Source of the DNA: a virus
Lineage: Duplodnaviria > Caudoviricetes
IMG/VR virus record: IMGVR_UViG_3300032190_000027
Location: 1-39,597 of that record
DNA: 39,597 nucleotides
Strand: one strand, 5' to 3'
Part shown: in pieces, positions 17,468 through 25,552 of the stretch
Numbering within the stretch: position 1 is the first letter of the stretch
Layout of the letters: each line of letters begins with the position of its first letter
Made by a program: the position numbers and the translations under genes
The notes under the pieces: generated by a model
What the model was told of the DNA's origin: nothing
Databases searched by the model: none
The model's input: only the letters and a program-made list of their open reading frames with translations

Positions 17468-17545
17468 ATGATACCCCCGGTCTGCCAGCTCTGCAAGCCC
17501 TCAGGCGCCCGGAATCCTGCCAATTTCACGCCAAAATCCTGCCAA
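17468..17545 (-). promoter_or_regulatory. Late promoter with upstream activator repeats
   Basis: TTGCAG-N17-TATCAT (17496-17468); TTGGC repeated at 11-bp period at 17545, 17534 and 17523, two copies as TTGGCAGGATT. Confidence 0.7.
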
Positions 17546-17923
17546 CTTTTCGGGCCCGAGAGACGCCAAAGTCCCAGCTACACAGGCCCTTATCTGGCTG
17601 ATGTACCTGTCCACAGTTCGTACACCGTAGTTGAGCTCGTGGGCGATGTCATAATGGGTCCGCTTCTGGACCCACTTCATGCGGTAGACCCGGCGGAGGT
17701 GAGGCCTCATCCGCCTCAGCCGGCGGCGGACGGCGGTGAGCACCGTGAGGAGGTCTTCGCGTCTGACCACGAAGCGCTCGACGACGTTGCCGGCCGCGCT
17801 AGGCTGCAGCGGAAGTACGATGAGGCTGCCCGGACGCTTCGGCTCCATGGTCTCGACAAGGAACAGCCAGTCCTCCAGGTGCTCGAGGAACAGGTCCGCG
17901 AGCTGCATCCAGGGGTCTTTCAA
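17501..17923 (-). CDS. Late transcription regulator (RinA/ArpU-like, sigma70 region-4 HTH)
   Basis: THYDIAHELNYGVRTVDRY HTH; last gene before terS; GAGGTG RBS plus TTG at 17923. Confidence 0.8.
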   Translation of the reverse strand: MKDPWMQLADLFLEHLEDWLFLVETMEPKRPGSLIVLPLQPSAAGNVVERFVVRREDLLTVLTAVRRRLRRMRPHLRRVYRMKWVQKRTHYDIAHELNYGVRTVDRYISQIRACVAGTLASLGPEKLAGFWREIGRIPGA

Positions 17924-18216
17924 GACCACCTCGGCAGCCTCCCTCCCCGGGGGCCGGCCGGCTGCATGAGGGCGTCCGCCTGGCCCGCCGCCAGCTTCAC
18001 CGGCACCTCCCGGTAGGCGGCTCTGGCCTCCTCCTCGCGCCGTCGGAGCCAAGCCAGCAGCTCCTCCAGCCGCCGGCCCAGTAGCAGCCGGAGTTCGTAG
18101 TCCTGCTTGCCCTCCAGGTGCTCGATGACCAGCACTCCGGTTTCCTCCCCATAGCAAAGGCCGGCCAAGGGTCTCGCCCTTGCCGGCCTCCGGTACGTCC
18201 GGTCAGCCTCCGCCAC
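17920..18216 (-). CDS. Hypothetical protein
   Basis: 98-aa ORF translationally coupled to the late regulator. Confidence 0.6.
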   Translation of the reverse strand: MAEADRTYRRPARARPLAGLCYGEETGVLVIEHLEGKQDYELRLLLGRRLEELLAWLRRREEEARAAYREVPVKLAAGQADALMQPAGPRGGRLPRWS

Positions 18217-18231
18217 GAACGCTCGTTCGCC

Positions 18232-18432
18232 CTACCTCAGCCTTTCTCCCGCCGCCTTCCTGTCGAACCTCACCTTGCCTCGAACCTCTTCCGCAGCGAC
18301 CGGCAGGCCGTCCTGGACTTCAAGGCGCTCCAGCCGACCGAACCGCAACGCCCGCAGGTAGCGAATCAATGCCGCCTCCTGCGGGTGCAGCTGCATAGCG
18401 ACGACCTTGCGGGGCTCGCGAGGCTCCCTCAC
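18232..18432 (-). CDS. Small DUF2292-like protein
   Basis: LI..LR.LRFG.LE.LEVQDGLPV..E....KVRF pattern. Confidence 0.65.
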   Translation of the reverse strand: MREPREPRKVVAMQLHPQEAALIRYLRALRFGRLERLEVQDGLPVAAEEVRGKVRFDRKAAGERLR

Positions 18433-18566
18433 TCCAGGATGGCCCCCTCTTCTTCGGCCTCCGCAGCCGGGCCCAAGCTGACACTCAGAATCTGCTTCTC
18501 GCCCGGTCCGTCCGGCGTGAGCTCTATCACGGGCTCAGGGTAGACCTGAGTCACCTCGGCCCTCAT
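18429..18566 (-). CDS. 45-aa hypothetical protein (MRAEVTQVYPEPVIEL...)
   Basis: ATGA and GTGA overlaps with both neighbours; not in the ORF track. Confidence 0.5.
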   Translation of the reverse strand: MRAEVTQVYPEPVIELTPDGPGEKQILSVSLGPAAEAEEEGAILE

Positions 18567-19018
18567 GACGCTTCAGCTACCCTTCTCAGAATGGGACGCC
18601 CCTCCTCGTCCCACCCATCGACGGCCGGAACGGGAAAGACGACCTCACAGAGCTGGTCGAGCTGGACACGCAGCCTGCGCCACAGCTCCCAGCGGAGCTC
18701 ACCGAGGAGAGCGGTCGGGATTGAGGCCCCCACAAGCTCACACTCGTACTCATCCATCCGCACCCACCGCTCCAGGCCCTCCAGCGCCATGTGCCCGGTG
18801 AGCAGAACCACCGACCGCGCCTTGTTGGCGATGACGACCGCTCCCTCAGGCAGCCCGCCGGCGTCGGCTATGCTGTACTCCACCGACCGCCGGCTGACGT
18901 AGGGGGAGCACCTGCGGTCCAGCACGCACACCAGAGCGTCCCGCTGCAGGCGCAGGTATGTCGACTCCCGAAGAGACCGGAGATGGTTCTCGAGGGTCCT
19001 GAACTCATGCTCCTTCAT
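18563..19018 (-). CDS. Hypothetical protein
   Basis: GGAGG RBS plus ATG; 151 aa. Confidence 0.7.
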   Translation of the reverse strand: MKEHEFRTLENHLRSLRESTYLRLQRDALVCVLDRRCSPYVSRRSVEYSIADAGGLPEGAVVIANKARSVVLLTGHMALEGLERWVRMDEYECELVGASIPTALLGELRWELWRRLRVQLDQLCEVVFPVPAVDGWDEEGRPILRRVAEAS

Positions 19019-19143
19019 CGACAGCCCTCCCTGTAGCCCTGCCTATCCAGCCACCAGAAGACGACCCGGCCTACCGCGATGACCAGTATCCCGGCCAGAC
19101 CGATTCCGGCCACGATGCCGAACGCTATGGAGAAGGCCTCCAC
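19015..19143 (-). CDS. 42-aa single-TM protein
   Basis: MEAFSIAFGIVAGIGLAGILVIAVGRVVFWW...; fills the gap exactly. Confidence 0.55.
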   Translation of the reverse strand: MEAFSIAFGIVAGIGLAGILVIAVGRVVFWWLDRQGYREGCR

Positions 19144-19530
19144 CTAACTCGCCTCCTCGGCCTCGGCCCGCTGCTCGATCTCGACCTCGACCCGCTCCAG
19201 GCTCGACGGACACTCGAACAGCTCCGCCTCGATCTTGACCACCTGGCTGTCGTCCCGAAAGGCGATGCCGGTGACCGAATCAAGCACCGCCTTGGTGTAG
19301 TTGTCCAGGTCTCCCCGGGCTCGGCCCTTCGCTGCCACGAAGAACCTCAGCCGCACGATCACCGGTCCTTCGAAGGGCCGCTCGAACTTGGGCCGAGCGA
19401 CCCAGCCAACGTGCTGCTCGTACGCCTTGGTCTCCTCGGGGGTGTAGTAGACCCGGCGGCCGCGATAGCCGAGACGGGGCCTCTTTTTCGGGACCGGCCT
19501 TCCCGGCACGATGAACAACACGGGTTTCAC
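19144..19530 (-). CDS. rusA: RusA-family Holliday junction resolvase
   Basis: PG.PVPKKRPR, DLDNYTKAVLD and DDSQV motifs; start GTG 19530. Confidence 0.92.
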   Translation of the reverse strand: MKPVLFIVPGRPVPKKRPRLGYRGRRVYYTPEETKAYEQHVGWVARPKFERPFEGPVIVRLRFFVAAKGRARGDLDNYTKAVLDSVTGIAFRDDSQVVKIEAELFECPSSLERVEVEIEQRAEAEEAS

Positions 19531-20474
19531 TCTCCCACCCCCAGCCACTCCGCGGGGTCGAGAAACTCCCCGTCCATCCTGACGCCGCGCCGGGTGACCT
19601 CGAGCTCCGTCACCCCGACGCGGACCTCGAAGTGGAGGTGCGGTCCGGTGGAGTGGCCGTTGTGGCCGACCGTAGCGATGACCTGGCCGGCCTTCACCCG
19701 GTCGCCCTTGAGCACGCAGGGCTCGTTGATATGAGCGTAGACGGTATAGAGCCCTCCGCCGTGGTCGATCACCACGGCCTGGCCTCGCCACTGGTCGAAC
19801 CAGCCGACGTAGGCCACCGTCCCCCACCGGGCCGCCCGCACCGAGTGCCCGAACCGCGCCGCGATGTCAAGGCCATGATGGTCCGTCGGCCCGCCGTAGG
19901 CCTGGGAGTGCGGCCCCACAACTGGCAGCACTGGCAGAGCCCAGTAGCGTAGCTCGCCGTCGACCCTCATCACGACCTCCCGGGCATGGACCCCGTTGGC
20001 TGGCGGGGGCTGAGTCAGGACCCACACCCGCTGACCCGGCTCCAGGACGGCATCGGAGCAGAGGCCGTTGGCCTGCAGGACCCACTCGAGGGGCACCCGG
20101 TAGAACGCCGCCACGTCGACGATCCGCTCCCCGCCCATGGCGAAGAAACATTCAGCCTCCCAGCGGACGACCGTGACCTCCTCGCCGACGGTCCACGTGG
20201 CGTCCGGGTTGGCCGAGAGAAGCGTCTCGACCGACACCCCGAACTGCCGCGCCAGGCTCGTCACGGTGTCACCCGACTCGAGGATGACGGTCAGCGTCGG
20301 GATAGGTGGCCCCTCTGGCCCCAGGACCGGCTCGGGCTCGCGAGGGACATCGCGGACCAGCACGTCCATGGCGGCCGCAACCGGCTGGCTGGCAAGGAAG
20401 AAGCAGACAATGAGTAGGACCCAGAGCAGAATTAGCAGTACCCTCGTCAGCCAGCCGTCGTTCCTGCAGACCAC
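19527..20474 (-). CDS. Exported LysM + M23 peptidoglycan endopeptidase
   Basis: N-terminal hydrophobic segment; two LysM-like repeats; HHGLD, YAH and STGPHLHFEV motifs. Confidence 0.9.
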   Translation of the reverse strand: MVCRNDGWLTRVLLILLWVLLIVCFFLASQPVAAAMDVLVRDVPREPEPVLGPEGPPIPTLTVILESGDTVTSLARQFGVSVETLLSANPDATWTVGEEVTVVRWEAECFFAMGGERIVDVAAFYRVPLEWVLQANGLCSDAVLEPGQRVWVLTQPPPANGVHAREVVMRVDGELRYWALPVLPVVGPHSQAYGGPTDHHGLDIAARFGHSVRAARWGTVAYVGWFDQWRGQAVVIDHGGGLYTVYAHINEPCVLKGDRVKAGQVIATVGHNGHSTGPHLHFEVRVGVTELEVTRRGVRMDGEFLDPAEWLGVGE

Positions 20475-22283
20475 TCACGCCACCCCCTGGGCCGCAGCTA
20501 CCTGGCAGCCCTCTCTGTCCTCACAGGCTCTGCACGAGTGCGGCGCCTCGGCCTGAATGACATACTCGCAGCAGCCCCCGCCACCAAGGCGCACGGTGTC
20601 GTTGCACTCCCGGCAGGTCGCAGCATCGACCCGGTTCTTGGTGTAGGGGCAGGTGTAGGGCTCGGGTTCAGCCTCGTCCTCGGCGGCGTCCGCGTCGTCT
20701 GGCGGCACGTAGTCATGGTGGCTGGGGCAGGACGTGTTCGAGCAGGAGTCGCCCTCACCGGAGCACTCCATGCCCTCCTCGGCCTCGTGAGCCGCCTGCT
20801 CGGTTGGGGGCTCCTCGTCCGGCTGGGCCGCCGAGGCCTCGGGGGTCTCCCCCTCCCCCTCATCCTCGTGGTCCACGAACAGCCGGCCGATATCCAGCTG
20901 GAGGCCGCCCTCCTCGGGCTCCTCCGGCATGTCCTCGATACCGACGATACCCCGGCAGAGATCACGGACCGCCTCCTCGTCATGCAGATGCCCGAGAAGA
21001 TACGCCACAGCGAGGGTCGTGAGCTCCCGAGTGGACAGCTGCTGGAGATGCTGCGGAATCTCATGATAGTGGCAGTCGAGGTCCAGCACGTCGCCCACCC
21101 AGTTCCTCGCGTCCCAGTCACTCAAGAGCGCCAGGCATACGAGGCGCGTCTCCGCCCGGCTGAGGCCCAACTGCTTCTGGACCTCACGCTCCCGGAGGTA
21201 GGCCTCGACACGCTCCAGATACCGCCGCCGCTCCTCGGCCTCGGCCCTCTCTCGAGCCTCGCGCTCGGCCTGCCTCCGCTGCCATTCGGCCTCCCGCTGA
21301 GCCTCAAGCTCCTCCCGGCGTTCCTCCTGCTCCTTGGCCCGTGCCGCGCGGCAATCCGACTCGGGGTCGAGACAGACTCTGGCATCTAGGCCGAACCGCC
21401 GGACCACCGCGCTCCTCTCGCAGTCCTCGGGGCAGACATCCAAGACGCGCGGAAGAGCCTCAGCGTCCGTGACGTCCGTCACGGCGACCTCTTCTCCGGC
21501 ACGCACCCGCGCCACGAGCTCGGCCCGGCGGGTCCGGAGGGCCTCGCGCTCCTTCTGGGCATAGCACTGCTTGTCCAGGCAGTAGGTGGCGTAGCGCTGC
21601 TTGTGGAACTTCGCGCAGCCCTCACAGCCTGAGACGTCGAAGGCAGGAGCAGACATGTACTCGCCCTTGGCCGCGATGGCGTCGTCCACAACCTTCCGGG
21701 CCGCGGTCACAGTGACCGGGTCCCTACCCGCGTGCTCGTTGAGACGCCTCTGGACCTCCTCGAGCACCTCAGGCACGTCCTTGACCCGGAGGACCTCCTG
21801 GGCCGCGGAGGCACTGAGTATTCCGCGCCGAATAAAGTCCTGGACCGCCTCTGGCGTCTCCAGCAGCCGGAGCCGGTTCGCCACCCAGGCCTGGCTCTTG
21901 CCCAACTTCTCACCGAGCTGGGCCTGGGTTTCACCATGGCGCTCCAGGTAGGCCTGGATGGCCCGGGCCTCCTCGAGCGGGCTCAGGTCCTTCCGCTGGA
22001 TGTTCTCGACCAGGCGGAACTCGTCGACCTGCTGCGGCGTCAGGGCCATCAACCGGCACGGGACCCTCTCAAGCCCGGCCTCCCGGGCCGCGGCCAGCCG
22101 CCGAAAGCCCGCCACGAGCTCGAGCCGGCTCGTCTCGGGGTTGGGGTTGACGATGAGTGGCTCGATCACCCCGTGAGTCCGCACAGACTCGACGAGCTCG
22201 CGGTCAGCCTCCTCGTCCGCGGTGTCCCGGATGTTCGTCGGGACGTGGATGGCATCAACCCTCAGTTCCTGAAGCTCACTCAC
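20475..22283 (-). CDS. ParB/Spo0J-family protein with long Cys-rich acidic C-terminus
   Basis: LVESVRTHGVIEPL, VAGFRRLAA, VENIQRKDLSPLEEA and HTH GKSQAWVANRLRLL; start GTG 22283. Confidence 0.9.
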   Translation of the reverse strand: MSELQELRVDAIHVPTNIRDTADEEADRELVESVRTHGVIEPLIVNPNPETSRLELVAGFRRLAAAREAGLERVPCRLMALTPQQVDEFRLVENIQRKDLSPLEEARAIQAYLERHGETQAQLGEKLGKSQAWVANRLRLLETPEAVQDFIRRGILSASAAQEVLRVKDVPEVLEEVQRRLNEHAGRDPVTVTAARKVVDDAIAAKGEYMSAPAFDVSGCEGCAKFHKQRYATYCLDKQCYAQKEREALRTRRAELVARVRAGEEVAVTDVTDAEALPRVLDVCPEDCERSAVVRRFGLDARVCLDPESDCRAARAKEQEERREELEAQREAEWQRRQAEREARERAEAEERRRYLERVEAYLREREVQKQLGLSRAETRLVCLALLSDWDARNWVGDVLDLDCHYHEIPQHLQQLSTRELTTLAVAYLLGHLHDEEAVRDLCRGIVGIEDMPEEPEEGGLQLDIGRLFVDHEDEGEGETPEASAAQPDEEPPTEQAAHEAEEGMECSGEGDSCSNTSCPSHHDYVPPDDADAAEDEAEPEPYTCPYTKNRVDAATCRECNDTVRLGGGGCCEYVIQAEAPHSCRACEDREGCQVAAAQGVA

Positions 22284-22306
22284 TGGTGTTCGCTCTCCTC
22301 TCTCGC

Positions 22307-22438
22307 TTACGGCAGCCTTCCCGCAACCGCCGCGTCTACGAGAGCCCACACGAGGACCGAAGCGCCGATGAGCACGGCGACTCGGATGAGGACCGCCTCG
22401 GTGCGTGAGGGCTCCCCGTCGCCATCCCAGTAGAGCAC
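22307..22438 (-). CDS. 43-aa single-TM protein
   Basis: MLYWDGDGEPSRTEAVLIRVAVLIGASVLVWALV...; not in the ORF track. Confidence 0.45.
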   Translation of the reverse strand: MLYWDGDGEPSRTEAVLIRVAVLIGASVLVWALVDAAVAGRLP

Positions 22439-22441
22439 GAC

Positions 22442-22582
22442 TTACCACCCCCCAATCCAGGGAAGGGCTACCAGGACCCCAACGATGAGGGCTCCGATGA
22501 TGAGGGCCGCCACGACCCGCTCCTGGATGTCCTCCTCGGGCAGGTCGTGGCCGCCGATGATGACGCGGATGCGCTCTCTCAC
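22442..22582 (-). CDS. 46-aa single-TM protein
   Basis: GTGA-coupled to the DnaC-like gene; VVAALIIGALIVGVLVALPWI. Confidence 0.55.
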   Translation of the reverse strand: MRERIRVIIGGHDLPEEDIQERVVAALIIGALIVGVLVALPWIGGW

Positions 22583-23559
22583 GCCGTTCCCTCCCCGAAC
22601 ACGGCTTGTTGCCGGACGGCCTCCGGGTCGACGCGGTAGTCGGGACCCTCGAGCGTGACCCACCGGCACATGCCGATGAGCCGCGAGACGATCCTGTTGC
22701 CGACGTTCTCGTCGGGCCCGAACCGCTCCGCGAGCAGAGCTCCGTCGGTGTAGTTGGTCGTGACAATCGTGATACTCCGGTCGAACTCGCGGCCGTTGAG
22801 CAGGAGGAACAGGCGCTCCGCCCGCCAGTCGGTCACCCTCTCGGTCCCCAGGTCGTCAAGCACGAGCACCCGCGCCCGCCGCAGGTGCTCCAGGAGCTCG
22901 CGGTCGCGACCGACCTTGACAGCTGCCCGCAGGTCATCCATCAGGTCCGGCACGCACGCGAACACGCAGTCGCTCTCGAGCTCCCCGCGGCGAACCAGGC
23001 GCTCCACCTGGGCCCGAAGGATTGCCAGGGCCAGGTGCGTCTTGCCGACTCCCGTCGTGCCCGCCAAGACCAAGCCCGGCCCCGCATCCCGCCCGGCCAG
23101 CTCACATGCCGCGCGGAAGGCATCGACTGTCCCCGGTGTCGGGATGAAGTTCTCAAGAGTCATCCGCTCGCTGTCGACCGGGTACTGGCTGGCCTTGAGC
23201 AGCTCGTGCCGGCGGTGCTGGGCGGCCTGTCTCGCGGCCAATGGGCACATGTGATGAAGCCCACTCAACTCCACTACACCGCCGCGCAGCATCCCCACCG
23301 GGACCTGGCCCCTGCCCACCGGGCTCTGGCAGTGGTCCAGGCCCTGGCAGTCGGTGCAAGCCTGATCCGACCTAGCGAGCACTTCGAGCTCCCTCGCGCT
23401 GCGCCGAATCTGCTCCTCGGTCAGGTCCCAGCCCCGTCTCCGGGCTGCCTCTCGCGCCAGCGGTAGCGCGGCTGAAAGCCACTCTTCGTGCGCTCGTTTG
23501 AGTCGCTGGACCAGGCGGCTCTCCAGTCGGATGGCCAGAACATCCAGCAGGCGGTCCAC
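22579..23559 (-). CDS. DnaC/IstB-like helicase loader ATPase
   Basis: CxxC Zn motif, Walker A GTTGVGKT, Walker B LVLDDLG, TTN and RIVSRL motifs. Confidence 0.92.
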   Translation of the reverse strand: MDRLLDVLAIRLESRLVQRLKRAHEEWLSAALPLAREAARRRGWDLTEEQIRRSARELEVLARSDQACTDCQGLDHCQSPVGRGQVPVGMLRGGVVELSGLHHMCPLAARQAAQHRRHELLKASQYPVDSERMTLENFIPTPGTVDAFRAACELAGRDAGPGLVLAGTTGVGKTHLALAILRAQVERLVRRGELESDCVFACVPDLMDDLRAAVKVGRDRELLEHLRRARVLVLDDLGTERVTDWRAERLFLLLNGREFDRSITIVTTNYTDGALLAERFGPDENVGNRIVSRLIGMCRWVTLEGPDYRVDPEAVRQQAVFGEGTA

Positions 23560-24367
23560 GCTCTATCCACTCCCTCCATACCTCGTCCGGTCCAAGAAAG
23601 GTGGCCGGGTATTTGATACGGTCCTCAGGGGACGCCCGGATTCGGCAGTAAGCCGCGTAATTGGTAGCTGCGGTGACCAGGTCACCCGGGTCCACCTTGG
23701 CCCTGACGCGGGCCTTCCAGACTCTGAAGGCTCGCTGCTTCTCGATTTTCCGCGGGTAGACGCTCCAAAAGGCCTCGAACTCCGGAGGATAGTCGTGACG
23801 CTTGGAGCCAGCGCGTGTCCGTGTTGCCTGTCCATCGTGTCCACGACGACACACATCCCTGGTCGCATGACCATGGGTGTTTGTACCGGAGGGTGAAGGT
23901 GAAGGTGAAGGTGAAGGTGAAGGATAGCGGTCCTTTGCGTCGTCCTGCGGCGCTATGCGTTGGTCCGCGGTAGCGTGCGGCGATTCGCGCTGTTCGTCAC
24001 TAGGCGGCGCAGGGAACGCCGATGCGCGGTCATCGCCGCGTTTGGCCTGCGGAATGTAGGATTGATAGCGGTAGTACGTCTCCAACGGGTAGGCGATGAC
24101 TCGCTTGCCGGCCACATCATAACGCTGCCAGAGACCGACGCCGGCAACGCGGTCGAGCGCCGCGTCGATTTCCTCCACCGAGGCCTCGAAGGCCGGACAT
24201 ACGGTGAGCTTGAACTCTAGCGGATCTCCCGTGAGTCGGCCCCAGTCGTCGGCATGGGGGACGGCCATCGTGTAGAGCAGGATGGCCAGGTAATCGCCCC
24301 GTGCTCCGAGAGCAGCCAGCTTGGCGTCCCTTCCCATGTTGGTGGAGATATACCGGCGTCGGCTCAC
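23372..24367 (-). CDS. Phage replication initiator / replisome organizer
   Basis: ADDWGRL winged-helix N-terminus, Pro-Ser linker, FE.FW..YPRK..K..A and KYPATFL domain; precedes the DnaC-like gene. Confidence 0.85.
   Translation of the reverse strand: MSRRRYISTNMGRDAKLAALGARGDYLAILLYTMAVPHADDWGRLTGDPLEFKLTVCPAFEASVEEIDAALDRVAGVGLWQRYDVAGKRVIAYPLETYYRYQSYIPQAKRGDDRASAFPAPPSDEQRESPHATADQRIAPQDDAKDRYPSPSPSPSPSPSGTNTHGHATRDVCRRGHDGQATRTRAGSKRHDYPPEFEAFWSVYPRKIEKQRAFRVWKARVRAKVDPGDLVTAATNYAAYCRIRASPEDRIKYPATFLGPDEVWREWIERGPPAGCSGHPTGEPPGPATQTSARRVAFSRATAGARGSPETGLGPDRGADSAQREGARSAR
23892..23921. repeat. (GGTGAA)x5 tandem hexamer encoding the Pro-Ser linker
   Basis: Five exact copies read directly. 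Confidence 0.9.
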
Positions 24368-24954
24368 TCGTCTTGTCCCCCGTCGTCAGTCAACCCCGCC
24401 AGCCTTTCAATCACCGTCAGGATCTCATCGCGACAACGCCAGGGGTCCGACCATATCTCCGAGCCGGTGAAGCGTAGCACGTGGTAGCCAGCGGCCGTCA
24501 GGGCCCTGTCTCGAGACCGGTCCCTGGCCGCTTGCTCCTTGGTCCGCTCATGGTAATCGTGACCGTCACACTCGATGACCAGCCTGAACTCCCGTTCGGG
24601 ATGTTCGGGGGCCTTGGCCGAAATGAGGGCATCCACCCTATAAGTCCGGCCACCAACCCGAACGGGCACCTGCGTGTAGAAATCGAGACTGGCCGAGCGC
24701 CCGGCTACCTGCCTGAACCGGGTTCGGGTCATCGGGACACTGAAGACCAGTGCTAGGCAGAGTAGTTGCTCTATAGGGGACTCACCCTTCTCGACCGCTT
24801 GGAGCAACGACTCGGCCGTCGCCTGTAGCGCGTCCAGAATAATTTCAGCAACAACAGGATCGAGCTCTGCCACGCGCCGACGCACGCTCGCCCATGCCTG
24901 CTCGGAGAACTTGAGCTCGCCTGGGGATACCTGTCCCGCTATGGGTCTGCTCAT
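24364..24954 (-). CDS. DUF559 (Vsr-like PD-(D/E)XK) endonuclease
   Basis: ESPIE, YRVD, IECDGHDYH and D..RDR.L...GY.VLRFTGSEI motifs; start ATG 24954. Confidence 0.88.
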   Translation of the reverse strand: MSRPIAGQVSPGELKFSEQAWASVRRRVAELDPVVAEIILDALQATAESLLQAVEKGESPIEQLLCLALVFSVPMTRTRFRQVAGRSASLDFYTQVPVRVGGRTYRVDALISAKAPEHPEREFRLVIECDGHDYHERTKEQAARDRSRDRALTAAGYHVLRFTGSEIWSDPWRCRDEILTVIERLAGLTDDGGQDE

Positions 24955-25028
24955 GCTCGTTCCCCTCTCCCACGGAGGCTTGTCCTCTCGGTCGTGCACA
25001 AGAACCGGCCTGTCGGCCGTCAAAGGTC

Positions 25029-25131
25029 TGGCTGGCGGGGGCCGGTTGACCCACCCGGCTCCTGGTCAAGGTTGGAGGGATGACTTAGCCTTGAGACACA
25101 CCCGGCGCATCCCACGCCGCCCCGCCAGCCA
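25029..25131. ncRNA. Candidate four-way-junction structured RNA
   Basis: Perfect 12-bp closing stem (25029-40 with 25120-31) enclosing three hairpins; intergenic; strand uncertain. Confidence 0.5.
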
Positions 25132-25207
25132 ATGCTCTCGGTTGTCAAGCTCGACCCTCGAGGCGGGAGGCTGCCCGTCAGCACCACCCGCCCCGGGGCC
25201 GCACATC

Positions 25208-25552
25208 CTATGCCGTCTTCTCCCCGCGAACCAGGGCTGCGATAGCCTCCAGAGCCCGGAGGCGTACCTGCGCCTTCGCGAGCTCGGCCTTGGCCTGAGC
25301 CAGCGCCTGCTCGGCCTTGCGGACGGCCTCACGCTCGGCCGTGGTCCTCTCACGGAGCTGGGCCCTCCGAGCCTCCGCGTTCTTGCCGTCGATCTCGCCG
25401 CTGAGGAGAAGCCGAGCTTCGGCGTCCTCGAGGGCCTCTTTGGCCGTCGTGAGCTCGGCAACGCACTGGACCACCCGGTCCTCGGCGTCGGCGATCTCGG
25501 CGGGCATCTTCAGCAGCCTCTCAATGCACTGCTCACGTAGCCGCCCCTTCAC
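25208..25552 (-). CDS. Coiled-coil hypothetical protein
   Basis: GAGGAGG RBS plus GTG at 25552; IDGKNAEARRAQL motif. Confidence 0.75.
   Translation of the reverse strand: MKGRLREQCIERLLKMPAEIADAEDRVVQCVAELTTAKEALEDAEARLLLSGEIDGKNAEARRAQLRERTTAEREAVRKAEQALAQAKAELAKAQVRLRALEAIAALVRGEKTA

Noticed and set aside
20475-22766. Extended N-termini in the ORF track (ParB 763 aa, RusA 227 aa, late regulator 218 aa, MTase 594 aa, integrase 542 aa)
   Set aside because: The extensions are low-complexity and overlap other genes or intergenic DNA; domain boundaries, and mostly RBSs, support downstream starts
17437-24992. Shared 12-mer TGTCCTC(A/T)CGGT at 17437-48 and 24981-92 as a possible nut-like site
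   Set aside because: An 11/12 match between two sites is plausible by chance; no third copy was noticed
25029-25131. Canonical tRNA
   Set aside because: No TTC T-loop, no 7-nt anticodon loop, and a 12-bp closing stem; kept only as an ncRNA candidate
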